Source: Nanobdellota archaeon
Lineage (GTDB): Archaea; Nanobdellota; Nanobdellia; Woesearchaeales; GW2011-AR4
Reading direction: 5' to 3'
Length of the DNA: 64,000 nucleotides
NCBI GenBank assembly: GCA_038046385.1
Contig: JBBSWH010000005.1
Coordinates: 64,339 to 128,338, forward strand
Part shown: positions 44,288 through 53,462 of the stretch, in pieces
Layout of the letters: each line of letters begins with the position of its first letter
Position numbering within the stretch: the first letter of the stretch is position 1
The notes under the pieces: generated by a model
The model's database searches: none
What the model saw: only the letters and a program-made list of their open reading frames with translations
What the model was told of the DNA's origin: nothing
Made by a program: the position numbers and the translations under genes

Positions 44288-44469
44288 CTTACCTTTATGG
44301 CATACTCGCCTTTTGATTTCATGCCTATTTTTTCAGCAACGAGAGATTTGACTGGGTCAATTATGTAAAGCCTCCCCTGCCAGTTTGTAGAGAACTGGTT
44401 GGACTTGCATATAGGGCATTCGTTTCCATCAACGAACATCTTGCACTTCTTGCATACTTTTTTTTTCAT
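44284..44469 (-). CDS. spt4: Transcription elongation factor Spt4 (RpoE'')
   Basis: CKKC..CPIC zinc ribbon, 61 aa, downstream of rpoE'. Confidence 0.85.
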   Translation of the reverse strand: MKKKVCKKCKMFVDGNECPICKSNQFSTNWQGRLYIIDPVKSLVAEKIGMKSKGEYAIKVR

Positions 44470-44490
44470 TTTATTTTCTCTTGATTGTGA

Positions 44491-45078
44491 TTACTTTTTT
44501 TCTTTCTTTTCTTTTGTCTCTTTTTCAGCCTGTGCTGCTGGCTTGTCGCCGTCTTCCTTTACCCAGTCGACTCTTCCAAGACCCTGCTGCCTCATCGTCA
44601 ATCCTAATTTTGGATTTAATACGTCTTTGAACGAAATTGCTATGATTCGCGCTCTGCAAACATCGCCAACTTTCAAGCTTCTTTTTGACTCTTTTCCGCC
44701 AAGGCTCTTGTCCTTGCTGAACGAAACGAAATCATCCATTGTCTGGCTGATGTGAATCATGCCGTCAATTGGGCCTATGTTGATGAATGCGCCGAACTCT
44801 GCTATGTCTTTTATCTTTCCGGACACTATTTCCTGCATTTCCGGCTTAAATGTCAAAAGCTCGAATGAAACTTCGTAATATGATGCTCCGTCTCCTGCAA
44901 TTATGATTCCTTCTCCTATCTCCTTTGCACCGACAACGTCAACAACAATTCCCAAATCTTTTGAGATAAATCCCGTGTACTTTGTCTTTATTCTGGTAAT
45001 CACAGCCTCTTCCAATGGGAGGTTGAATAGTGCAGGAGGTACTCTTATGTGGTCCTTGATTTCTGTCTTGTAGAACAT
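44491..45078 (-). CDS. rpoE: RNA polymerase subunit E' (Rpo7)
   Basis: MFYKTEIKDHIRVPP N-terminus followed by an S1 domain. Confidence 0.9.
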   Translation of the reverse strand: MFYKTEIKDHIRVPPALFNLPLEEAVITRIKTKYTGFISKDLGIVVDVVGAKEIGEGIIIAGDGASYYEVSFELLTFKPEMQEIVSGKIKDIAEFGAFINIGPIDGMIHISQTMDDFVSFSKDKSLGGKESKRSLKVGDVCRARIIAISFKDVLNPKLGLTMRQQGLGRVDWVKEDGDKPAAQAEKETKEKKEKK

Positions 45079-45134
45079 TTTAACACCGAAAACGGCGATT
45101 TCAACTAATCGCTATGGTACTTAGGAAATATGCG

Positions 45135-45533
45135 TCATTTATAAAGCTTTCTTTCAAATATCTGGAGGTATTTTTTCTGCCTTAGGACTATTACGGCAAT
45201 GTATCTTTCAAGCAGCTTTTTCTTAAGATCGAGGTCAGTTGTTGCAACAATATCGTCATCTTTACGGTTTTGGATTATTATATTGTCAACGTAATCCCCT
45301 TCTGCCTTTAAAATTTCGATGTCTTTTGACTTAACTATCTTTAATGCAAACTGAGCTGCTTTCTTGTCTTTTCCTTTTTGCTCTTTTATTATTGCATTAA
45401 GTTCATCTATTGACTGCTCAAAGATGAAAATCTTGTATTGAAAATTGCATATTCTGTGTATTTCGGAGAATATGTCTACCTTAAACTGCAGGGGCACCAT
45501 AAGAAAGTTTGTATCAAGGATTATTCTTCGCAT
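45135..45533 (-). CDS. PIN-domain protein of the rpoE neighbourhood (COG1412/Fcf1-like)
   Basis: ILDTNFLM N-terminus, later TTDLDL; conserved position upstream of rpoE'. Confidence 0.7.
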   Translation of the reverse strand: MRRIILDTNFLMVPLQFKVDIFSEIHRICNFQYKIFIFEQSIDELNAIIKEQKGKDKKAAQFALKIVKSKDIEILKAEGDYVDNIIIQNRKDDDIVATTDLDLKKKLLERYIAVIVLRQKKYLQIFERKLYK

Positions 45534-45740
45534 AGGGATTAGTTAAGCGCAGTGTTATAAAAATTTATGCGATTTTTGCATTGGTTTTGCCATCGTTCGC
45601 ATGCAATGTTTTAGTTAATGCAAAAATTCCCATTGCAATTTCCTTTTTGCTTGCACACTTTATAGAAAATGCTCACATTTTGATGGCAAAACTCCAATTT
45701 CCACCATACTTTTTTAAACAAAAATGCTTGCTTATGCTAT

Positions 45741-46856
45741 ATGAAAGGAATTGCAATAGTTTCAAAAGGGCTTGAAAGCACGGCTTCAAAAGAGATAAAA
45801 GAGATTATTAATGCAAAATACTCTGAAAAGGAAGGAGCTGTGCTGTTTGACATAAAAAAAACATCAGATTTGTGCTTGTTGTGCTATAGGTCGCAGTCTG
45901 TTGACAGAATTTTATATCATCTTGGAGATTTTGAATTCAAGAATTTTAAAGCTGAGTTTGAAAAATTTCTGCTTGATATTAAGCTTGAAAAATGGATGTC
46001 GTCGTGCAAAAACTTCAGGGTGGAGTGCATCCGGATAGGAGCGCATGATTTTGCAAGCCCTGATGTTGAGATGATTGCATCCAAGCATATTGCAAAAAAA
46101 TACAAGATGCAGGCTGATTTTAAGGACAATGAAATAATATTTTTTGCTTACATAATCAACAGCCATTGCTATTTTGGGGTTGATTTTGCTGGTTTTGAGA
46201 TGAACAAAAGAGCGTATAAAATCTATATGCATCCTGGCTCTTTGAGGGGACCGATAGCTTATGCATTATTGCAGGAAGCCGGATTTGACAAAAAAAAAGA
46301 TATGCTGGATCCTTTTTCAAGAGATGGTGTTGTGTGCATTGAAGCTGCGTTGAATGCAAGCAATTTTCCGGTAAACTACTACAAAAAAGAGAAGTTTGCT
46401 TTTCTAAAGCTCAAATTGGATGTTGATTTTGAAAAATTATTCAAAATAGAAGATAAGAAAATAAAAGAACAGAAAGGAAAAATTTACAGTTTTGATTTCA
46501 TGTTTAAATTTATTGACTTTTCAAGGAAGAATGCCAATATAGCCGGAGTTGACAAGTACATGAACTTCAGCAGAACCGAGCTTGAGTGGCTGGACATTAA
46601 ATTCAAAAAAGGAAAGGTTGATTGCATAGCGACATGCTTGCCATCGTCAAAAAGCGCAAACCTTGAGAAAATGTATAAGGAATTCTTTTACCAAAGCGAA
46701 TATATTCTTGCAAAAGAAGGGAAGATTGCAGCTATTACAAAAAATGTTGAATTGGCTAAGAAATATGCTTCTGCGAATAAATTTACTGTTTTGAAGGAGA
46801 TGGTTGTTTATAGCGGGGAGCAGCCTTTGCCGTTGATTGTTTTTGGGAAAGAGTGA
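45741..46856 (+). CDS. THUMP-like RNA methyltransferase homologue with degenerate SAM motifs
   Basis: N-terminal THUMP-like layout. MLDPFSRDG replaces the usual LDPxCGSG; no NPPY-type motif seen. Confidence 0.45.
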   Translation: MKGIAIVSKGLESTASKEIKEIINAKYSEKEGAVLFDIKKTSDLCLLCYRSQSVDRILYHLGDFEFKNFKAEFEKFLLDIKLEKWMSSCKNFRVECIRIGAHDFASPDVEMIASKHIAKKYKMQADFKDNEIIFFAYIINSHCYFGVDFAGFEMNKRAYKIYMHPGSLRGPIAYALLQEAGFDKKKDMLDPFSRDGVVCIEAALNASNFPVNYYKKEKFAFLKLKLDVDFEKLFKIEDKKIKEQKGKIYSFDFMFKFIDFSRKNANIAGVDKYMNFSRTELEWLDIKFKKGKVDCIATCLPSSKSANLEKMYKEFFYQSEYILAKEGKIAAITKNVELAKKYASANKFTVLKEMVVYSGEQPLPLIVFGKE

Positions 46857-46928
46857 TTTTCTGTTATAAATCTCTTAAAAAGAGAGATATTTTCAATAAA
46901 TTTATATAGGCTCTTTCCCTACTTTACC

Positions 46929-47279
46929 TTGCAGGGTTAGTACTTAGCTTCGGCGCATGAAAAGGCTCGAAAGGGCTTATTCTGCTGAGGAAAGTCCGCC
47001 CACCATAAAAGGCCACTCGCACAAGCGAGTTTTGGAGACAGAAGGCAACCACTCAGAAACGAGACCGCTGCATCTAAGGGTGAAGCTCGCGAAGGCTCCT
47101 GTGAAGGAGCTGAGAACAGCTGACGTTTATGCAGAATGGATGAAACGGTGAGTCCTGGCCGGTGCAAGTCCGCGAACAAGCAATTGTTCCAGTACGCTTA
47201 GTTTAATGCTAAGACAGGCTATCGCATTATCAATAATGCACAAGGGCCTGACAAAAGGCGGCTTATTCTGGCCCTGCAA
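46929..47279 (+). ncRNA. rnpB: RNase P RNA
   Basis: CR-I GAGGAAAGTCCGCCC (46987-47001), CR-V ACAAAAGGCGGCTTA (47251-47265), P1 pairing TTGCAGGG/CCCTGCAA at the ends. Confidence 0.85.
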
Positions 47280-47292
47280 ATTTTAATTAACA

Positions 47293-47469
47293 ATGGCGCA
47301 AGACAAAATTTCAATGCCTTCCGGAATGGGGGGATTAGTAAGGTATTTTGACGAATACAAAAGCAAGATAAAATTCAAGCCCGGGCATATTGTAGTGTTT
47401 TGCGTGGTTGTCATAATAATAATGATGTTTCTTTACACTTTCGGCAACAAGCTGCTAGGGATAAGGTGA
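47293..47469 (+). CDS. Preprotein translocase Sec61-beta subunit
   Basis: Own translation, 58 aa: MAQDKISMPSGMGGLVRYFDEY.. plus a C-terminal TM helix. Confidence 0.8.
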   Translation: MAQDKISMPSGMGGLVRYFDEYKSKIKFKPGHIVVFCVVVIIIMMFLYTFGNKLLGIR

Positions 47470-47473
47470 AATT

Positions 47474-47815
47474 ATGTTTCCCGGCATGAATCCAAGGGAC
47501 GTGCAGAAAGCCATGAAGCGCATGGGCATAAAGCAGGAAGAGATAGAAGCGCAGATGGTGATAATAAAGACTGCAAACGGAGACTTGGTGATAAGGGATC
47601 CTCATGTGACAAAGATGAACATGATGGGACAGGAATCATTGCAGATAACAGGCAACATTGAAGAAGTTGAGAATGATTCAACTCCTGAAATAAGCGACGA
47701 TGATGTTGCAACTGTGATGGAGCAGGCGAACTGCACAAGAGAAGAGGCAGAAGAATCCTTGCAGGAAAACAAAGGTAATATTGCAGAGGCAATTTTAAAA
47801 TTACAATCAAAATAA
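47474..47815 (+). CDS. nac: Nascent polypeptide-associated complex protein (NAC + UBA)
   Basis: NPRDVQKAMKRMGI N-terminus and C-terminal UBA (EEAEESLQENKGNIAEAI). Confidence 0.9.
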   Translation: MFPGMNPRDVQKAMKRMGIKQEEIEAQMVIIKTANGDLVIRDPHVTKMNMMGQESLQITGNIEEVENDSTPEISDDDVATVMEQANCTREEAEESLQENKGNIAEAILKLQSK

Positions 47816-47821
47816 ATTCTG

Positions 47822-48364
47822 GTGGGGTATGAAAGCATCCTCACTATCGTTCGGGGCCTTCATTTTGAAGGCGAAGTATGGAGAAAATTCAAAATGAAGG
47901 AATCATTCGATTTGGCAGTGCAGGAGTTAAAGAGAGTAGACCATCTGTTCTGGGTAAGCCTGAAGTACACAAGAACTGTTGACGTCATAAAGCACGTGAT
48001 TGACCGCATAATAAACTGCATGAGCTACGGGTTTGAATCTATATTAAAATATGCACAGGAAAAAAAACTTGTGAGCAGCATTCCTGAAAATGCAGGATTA
48101 AGATGCGATTTGCTGAAGAGCACGTTTCCTGAAAATGCGCAGCTTATGAATTATATCAATATCTACACAAAACTAAGAAAGTTAAGCAAAGCAGAATACA
48201 CGAGAAGGGAAGAATTCAGAAGGCACGTTACAATGATTGCAACAATTGACAAGGGAGAAGTTGTCGAGGTATGCATAGACACGCTTAGGGAAGATTATGA
48301 AATGCTTAAAATATTCTTGACGTTTGTCAAGCGCATGATAAATGAGGAGAAAGAAGAGCAGTAA
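47822..48364 (+). CDS. Hypothetical protein (likely start at 47894)
   Basis: ORF only; helical composition. Confidence 0.4.
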   Translation: MGYESILTIVRGLHFEGEVWRKFKMKESFDLAVQELKRVDHLFWVSLKYTRTVDVIKHVIDRIINCMSYGFESILKYAQEKKLVSSIPENAGLRCDLLKSTFPENAQLMNYINIYTKLRKLSKAEYTRREEFRRHVTMIATIDKGEVVEVCIDTLREDYEMLKIFLTFVKRMINEEKEEQ

Positions 48365-48893
48365 ATTTCTATTCAAAATGCAAAATCTTGCAAAAAGGCT
48401 TGAAAACAAGGGATGGAATAAAAAAGAGATAAATAAAGCGCTCGGCATAATAAAAAACGCAAAAGAGAATAAATCAGACCATACAATATTTCTTGAAAAA
48501 AGAGTTTACTGGATACTTCTTGTCATAATTGTAACGGCAAATTTTGCGATTTCAATTGCTTTACTTCCACTTCTTATTGTTCTTCGTGATTATTTACTTT
48601 ATTCTATCATAATTATAATGGGATTGATATTCGGACTTGTGTTTGAATTGGTGATAAGAAGCATCGAGCATCTGCAGCGCCGCCATCATGTGTTTCTCGC
48701 TTTCCTAATACCTTCTGCTGCTTTGATAAGCGGGTTTATAATTTCAAAAATATCAAACGATGTTGTTGCTAAATTAGGATTATCGAATTATCACATTCCT
48801 TTTTTGATTGCTTTTATTTACGCAGCTGCCTTTGTAGCGCCTTATATTTTGTATAGGTTTGTGCTGAAGATAGAGTATTATTCTAAAGAATGA
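48342..48893 (+). CDS. Hypothetical membrane protein
   Basis: Four hydrophobic segments. Confidence 0.45.
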   Translation: MRRKKSSKFLFKMQNLAKRLENKGWNKKEINKALGIIKNAKENKSDHTIFLEKRVYWILLVIIVTANFAISIALLPLLIVLRDYLLYSIIIIMGLIFGLVFELVIRSIEHLQRRHHVFLAFLIPSAALISGFIISKISNDVVAKLGLSNYHIPFLIAFIYAAAFVAPYILYRFVLKIEYYSKE

Positions 48894-48933
48894 TGCAAAC
48901 CTTTAAAACCCATATTTTATTCTATGTTATTAT

Positions 48934-49005
48934 GGCTGCGGTAGTTTAGTGGCAGAATACGAGACTGTGGATCTTGTGGCGCGAGTTCGATTCTCGCCCG
49001 CGGCC
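48934..49005 (+). tRNA. tRNA-His(GUG), intron-less, genomically encoded G-1
   Basis: G-GCTGCGG..CGAGA-CTGTGGA-TCTTG..GCGAG-TTCGATT-CTCGC-CCGCGGC-C (C73). Confidence 0.9.
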
Positions 49006-49022
49006 CTCTTTTTAAAATAACA

Positions 49023-49149
49023 CAGACTTGCCACTCGGCACAATCCCCGACTTAAATATAGCTGAGCAAAGCTCAGCGTATGCTCGTAAATCTTTGATTT
49101 ACGACAAGTCGGGGTTTTGATTGTGCCTCGTAATTAATAGGCAAGTCTG
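49023..49149. other. 127-nt closed multi-stem element downstream of tRNA-His
   Basis: Stems CAGACTTGCC/GGCAAGTCTG (10 bp), GGCACAAT/ATTGTGCC, CCCCGACTT/AAGTCGGGG. Terminal hairpins GCTGAGC-AAA-GCTCAGC and TCGTAAATC-TTT-GATTTACGA. Confidence 0.5.
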
Positions 49150-49153
49150 CGAG

Positions 49154-49203
49154 ATTGTAAATTCATGCTAAAGCATGGAGTTTTAAACCCATGAATTTAC
49201 AAT
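49154..49203. other. Hairpin with a 14-bp perfect stem
   Basis: ATTGTAAATTCATG (49154-49167) pairs with CATGAATTTACAAT (49190-49203). Confidence 0.5.
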
Positions 49204-49240
49204 AATAATTATTAAATAGGGATTATTATTACCAAACAAT

Positions 49241-49609
49241 ATGGCTATTCCTACAGCAGAAGAACAACCGCAGCGATGGAGAACTGGAGGACTTACACGC
49301 ATAATGCACATATACGCTGGACCATCATCAGGCCTTCCTTCAGATTCTTACAAACCTTCTTGAGGGCATATCAGCCAAGCAGTTGATACACCTTCTGGAG
49401 CCTTGGAACTTACTATTGAAGGAGAGGGTATAACCGAAAGACAGACAATTCTTGTTCCTTCAGATAGCCGCGACGCCTTTCTTAGGGGATTTAGAACAGG
49501 AGATGTCAAGGCGTTAAAAGGCAAGGATATTTCAGCAAGCACCCTAGATGGAACACTTTATGAGGTTGTAGTTCGAGTACCAGAGCCAATGACTGGTCAC
49601 ATGAGTTAA
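49241..49609 (+). pseudogene. 122-codon frame interrupted by one in-frame TGA (49361-49363)
   Basis: ATG at 49241. Codon-by-codon check puts TGA at codon 41, and the same frame continues into track ORF 49403-49609. Confidence 0.3.
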
Positions 49610-49679
49610 GCTTAATTCTTCCCTTCTTTTTAGTACATTTTGAATAAAGTATAAAAGCAACCTTACCAGAGCAATTTCT

Positions 49680-50072
49680 ATGAAACAACTACAGGTATCA
49701 GACGACGAATGGAAAAAGAAGCTCACAAAGGAGCAATACGAAGTTCTAAGGAATAAGTCAACAGAAACCCCATTCACAGGCAAATTATTGCATAATAAAG
49801 ACGGCGGTGTCTATACATGCGCAGGATGCGGAAATGAGCTATTTGCATCAAATGCAAAATTCGATTCTGGCACCGGTTGGCCAAGCTTTGACGAGCCGAA
49901 AAACAAGGAAAACATCGAACTAAAAACAGATGTTTCGCACGGAATGTCAAGGACTGAAGTTTTGTGCAAGAAATGCAAAGGCCATTTAGGGCATGTTTTC
50001 AACGATGGGCCGACAAAAACAGGCCAGAGATTCTGCATGAACTCATGCGCGCTTGAATTCAAGAAAAAGTAA
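49680..50072 (+). CDS. msrB: Peptide-methionine (R)-S-oxide reductase
   Basis: CAGCG, GTGWPSF, CKKCKGHLGHVF, RFCMNS (Cys form). Confidence 0.9.
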   Translation: MKQLQVSDDEWKKKLTKEQYEVLRNKSTETPFTGKLLHNKDGGVYTCAGCGNELFASNAKFDSGTGWPSFDEPKNKENIELKTDVSHGMSRTEVLCKKCKGHLGHVFNDGPTKTGQRFCMNSCALEFKKK

Positions 50073-50107
50073 AAGTGTTTATAATCTAGAAGTTATTTCT
50101 GCTGTAT

Positions 50108-51184
50108 ATGAGAGACCCTATATGCCAGTACTTTGGAACTTGCGCAGGATGCGATACGCAGCACATTGAATACTCTGTTCAATTGCAGAATAAAGTAAAG
50201 AACATAGCTGCAATGCTGAAGATTTCTCCTGAAAGCGTAAAAGTGTTTCAGGACAAGGAGTTTGAATACAGAAACAGAATGGATTTTCTTTTCAGCCAAT
50301 ACTGCATTGGATTAAGGAGCAAAACCAACAAGGTCATTGGAATTGAAATGTGCCCTATTTCCAGCAGCACTGTGAATAAACTGCTTGATGAAATTCGAAT
50401 ATTTTTTTTGGACATAAACATATCAAGAGCAATAAAATATGCTGTTGTTCGCGCTTCCAAGACTTCAAGCATTGGATTTATCATTAATGAGGATTCAAAG
50501 CAAAGGGATGAGGCTTTTGAGCTCATAACACAATTTTGCCTGAGAACTTCTGCTGACAATGTTGTTGTCGGATATGTTCCTCATCTTTCAGAAGACAGCA
50601 CTTCTTTAAAGTTTAAAATTGTGAAGGGAAAAGAGATACTTGAAGAGGAGTTTTTAGGCAAAAAGTTCTTTTACCATTCACAGGCTTTTTTCCAGAACAA
50701 TTCCAAAATGGCGGAGAAGATGATTGGCTATGTTAAAGAAATTTTACATGGTAAAAAGGGACATTTGGTTGATTTGTATGGTGGCGTTGGAAACTTCGGG
50801 CTTTGCATGGATTTTGAAAAAATCACGATAATTGAATCCCATCCGCTTTCTGTTGAATGCGCCAAGAAGAACATTCTTGTTAATAATATTAAAAATGCAG
50901 AGGCTATTGCTCTTGATGCCAAGAAAATTGACAGAATTAAAATTTCTCGTCCTTTACATGTGATTAATGATCCTCCTCGTACAGGGATGGATTTGCTTGC
51001 AATCAAAAAATTAACGAATTTGAAGCCGGACACAATAATTTATGTTTCCTGCAATCCACTTAAATTCAAGAAAGAGTTTCCTAAGTTTGCGAAAGAAGGG
51101 TATTCAATCAAATCAGTTGCTATGTTTGACCTGTTCCCGCAGACTAACCATATAGAGATGGTTGTTGAGATGGAAAGAAGTTAA
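50108..51184 (+). CDS. TrmA/RumA-family RNA (uracil-5)-methyltransferase
   Basis: N-terminal Fe-S Cys cluster CQYFGTCAGC, DLYGGVGNF, DPPRTG, YVSCNP. Confidence 0.85.
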   Translation: MRDPICQYFGTCAGCDTQHIEYSVQLQNKVKNIAAMLKISPESVKVFQDKEFEYRNRMDFLFSQYCIGLRSKTNKVIGIEMCPISSSTVNKLLDEIRIFFLDINISRAIKYAVVRASKTSSIGFIINEDSKQRDEAFELITQFCLRTSADNVVVGYVPHLSEDSTSLKFKIVKGKEILEEEFLGKKFFYHSQAFFQNNSKMAEKMIGYVKEILHGKKGHLVDLYGGVGNFGLCMDFEKITIIESHPLSVECAKKNILVNNIKNAEAIALDAKKIDRIKISRPLHVINDPPRTGMDLLAIKKLTNLKPDTIIYVSCNPLKFKKEFPKFAKEGYSIKSVAMFDLFPQTNHIEMVVEMERS

Positions 51185-51432
51185 CGATGAGGGCAACCTG
51201 GCCAACAGCAAGGCCGGCGTTTACCTTTGATAAGCTCTTCAGATGCTCGCTTGATATGTTGTTTTCTTGTTTCAGGTTTTTTGACTGAAGTAATCCAGCA
51301 TATCCACTCATTGCGGGCTAATGGAGTAATATCCTCCCACGCTGCTTTCATCTTTGGAGAAGATTTAAGGGTTTTTTGTAAATCAGCTGGCACTTTGTGC
51401 AGTGCGCCTGTGGATATTGTTTTTTTCACCAT
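51181..51432 (-). CDS. YdeI/OmpD-associated family small protein
   Basis: ITPLARNEWICW..KKPETR..GKRRPCCWPGCPHR C-terminus. Confidence 0.6.
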   Translation of the reverse strand: MVKKTISTGALHKVPADLQKTLKSSPKMKAAWEDITPLARNEWICWITSVKKPETRKQHIKRASEELIKGKRRPCCWPGCPHR

Positions 51433-51464
51433 AAATTCAGTTTAGCATTTTTTCTATTTAAATT

Positions 51465-51737
51465 TTATTGGTTTTGCTTGCAGTATTTTTCATAGAAATC
51501 CAGTATCTCGTCTGTTTTTCTCGGGTTTAGTGAATAATGGATTTCTCCGGTTTTCTTTGCAGGCAATATCCACTCGTCTTTTTCCAACTCTTTTATTGCC
51601 TGTTTTGTCAGCTTATCTCCCCTTAAATGATTTGGAAGGCCGTTCAATATGTTTTCAGTATGAGAGCCGCCCCATTTTCTCCATTGAACTAGCTTTCTTA
51701 TTATTCGCGCCTTGATTTCAATAACAGTTAAGCCCAT
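51465..51737 (-). CDS. Hypothetical small protein (shorter start chosen)
   Basis: The MGLTVIEIK.. start avoids the AT-rich promoter-like extension of the 122-aa track ORF. Confidence 0.4.
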   Translation of the reverse strand: MGLTVIEIKARIIRKLVQWRKWGGSHTENILNGLPNHLRGDKLTKQAIKELEKDEWILPAKKTGEIHYSLNPRKTDEILDFYEKYCKQNQ

Positions 51738-51870
51738 TTTGTAATGGATATGCTGATTTGATATATAAATATTACCATTTATGAGACAATATTGTCTCAA
51801 AACAGAAACATTTAAATATTTGTGCCTATACACATACGTATGAACATGTGTTTATACGTAGTTAATTAAA

Positions 51871-52200
51871 ATGGAAACAAAATCATTATTCGTGGAATTT
51901 ATGGGAGAATCTCCTACAATCAAAGTATTAGATTACTTGCTAACAGAAAGAGAACTGGATTTTTCTATAACTGACATGGCTAATAACTCAAAAATAGGTA
52001 GAGCTACATTATACAGAATTTGGAATAGTTTAATTGAAAATGAAATAATAAAACCTACAAGAACCATAGGAAAAGCCAAACTTTTCAAATTAAACGTGAA
52101 CAATCCTAAAATAAAAAAATTGATTGAGATAGATGACATGCTGATATTAGAAGAACTAAGAAAGAAAGCAAGGAAAGTTAAGGTTAAAGTTAGTGTTTGA
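51871..52200 (+). CDS. Winged-helix transcriptional regulator
   Basis: FSITDMANNSKIGRATLYRIW HTH. Confidence 0.6.
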   Translation: METKSLFVEFMGESPTIKVLDYLLTERELDFSITDMANNSKIGRATLYRIWNSLIENEIIKPTRTIGKAKLFKLNVNNPKIKKLIEIDDMLILEELRKKARKVKVKVSV

Positions 52201-52272
52201 GTTATTCTAGCAGACTAATCATATAGGGATTGTTGTTGAGGTGGGAAGAGGTCAATTAAGAAAAGTTAGATA

Positions 52273-52644
52273 TTATTTTTTGATTTTCTTATCTATTAAC
52301 TCCGAAACTTCTCCCTTTAAAAATTTGTTTAAAGAATCGTGTTGCTCTTTTGTTATAATTTTTACTCTTTGATTTACAAGTTTATTGATAATCTCTTTTT
52401 TTTGTTTAATAGATTGTAATGTCAATAATTCCATATCAAGCTTGTAATTGTTATACATTTGACCCATGCCGTACACGATTAATGGAAAACCTACTGCATA
52501 TGCTAAATCTAAATTTAATGGTTTATCAGGAGGATTAATATTTGTATAATAAAATGCAAACACAAATAATCCTATCCCAATAAGAGTGATAAAAAAGTCA
52601 TACCTAACAAGCTTCGGTAATCCTAAATCCATTTTATAACCCAA
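52273..52644 (-). CDS. Hypothetical membrane protein
   Basis: Two TM helices followed by a charged tail. Confidence 0.4.
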   Translation of the reverse strand: MGYKMDLGLPKLVRYDFFITLIGIGLFVFAFYYTNINPPDKPLNLDLAYAVGFPLIVYGMGQMYNNYKLDMELLTLQSIKQKKEIINKLVNQRVKIITKEQHDSLNKFLKGEVSELIDKKIKK

Positions 52645-52819
52645 TCTTTTTCAAAATTGTATAGCCTAAACTTCGCCAAAAACTAAAAACTATTGCGATT
52701 ACTATCAATAGAATACCAAAATTAGTATTGTTTTTAAGAACTAAGTATATTCCTATACCTGCTGATAAAACAATAACTAAATCAATAATAGATCTTTTGA
52801 GTCCCATGTTATGTACCAT
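52634..52819 (-). CDS. Hypothetical small membrane protein
   Basis: Two TM helices; overlaps the downstream ORF by 11 nt. Confidence 0.35.
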   Translation of the reverse strand: MVHNMGLKRSIIDLVIVLSAGIGIYLVLKNNTNFGILLIVIAIVFSFWRSLGYTILKKIGL

Positions 52820-52893
52820 TTTTATTAATTATATTTAAACTTATTCCGTAACCTTTATAAACCGTCCTCGTATCCCTGTATCTTAAGAATAGC

Positions 52894-52965
52894 CCGAGTA
52901 AGGCGTTATGCCTAGCGTTTTAGGGTTAGCGAATGAAAATTCGTTAATTTACGCTAAATTCTCGG
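52894..52965 (+). promoter_or_regulatory. Nested three-stem leader 12 nt upstream of the S13-S4-S11-rpoD operon
   Basis: CCGAG/CTCGG (52894-98 / 52961-65), TAGCGT/ACGCTA (52913-18 / 52951-56), TTAGCGAAT-GAAA-ATTCGTTAA (52926-52947). Confidence 0.4.
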
Positions 52966-52976
52966 TTTTACACAAA

Positions 52977-53462
52977 ATGACAGAAGCACCAAAACAGGAA
53001 TTGAGGTATTTCGTAAGAATTTCGAACACAGACCTAAATGGAAATAAGTCTGTTTACCATGGCCTTACGGGAATAAAAGGCATAAGCTGCATGTTCTCAA
53101 ACGCAATCTGCGCTGCATCAGGCATACCTAAAACACAGAAGATAGGATACTTGACAGACGATGATGCTGCAAAGATTGATGAAGTTCTAAAAGACCCTTC
53201 AAAATTCAAGATTCCTTCATGGCTTTACAACAGGAAGAAAGACCCTGAAGGCAACACGGACAAGCATTTGACAGGCTCCAATTTAACGTTCATACAGGAC
53301 AATGACATAAAGATGATGAAGAAAATAAAATCTTACAAGGGAGTAAGGCACATACTTGGCCAGCCTGTAAGAGGACAAAGAACAAAATCAAACTTCAGAA
53401 AGAACAAAGGAAAAGTAATGGGCGTAAAGAGAAAAACAGATGTCAAGGCAGGCAAGAAGTAA
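52977..53462 (+). CDS. rps13: Ribosomal protein uS13
   Basis: The internal ATG gives MTEAPKQELRYFVRISNTDLNG.. The track ORF start lies inside the structured leader. Confidence 0.9.
   Translation: MTEAPKQELRYFVRISNTDLNGNKSVYHGLTGIKGISCMFSNAICAASGIPKTQKIGYLTDDDAAKIDEVLKDPSKFKIPSWLYNRKKDPEGNTDKHLTGSNLTFIQDNDIKMMKKIKSYKGVRHILGQPVRGQRTKSNFRKNKGKVMGVKRKTDVKAGKK

Noticed and set aside
49361-49363. In-frame TGA as selenocysteine.
   Set aside because: No SECIS-like hairpin is evident nearby, the neighbouring MsrB is the Cys form, and there is no sel gene in the window. A pseudogene or two ORFs is more parsimonious. Kept only as a low-interest finding.
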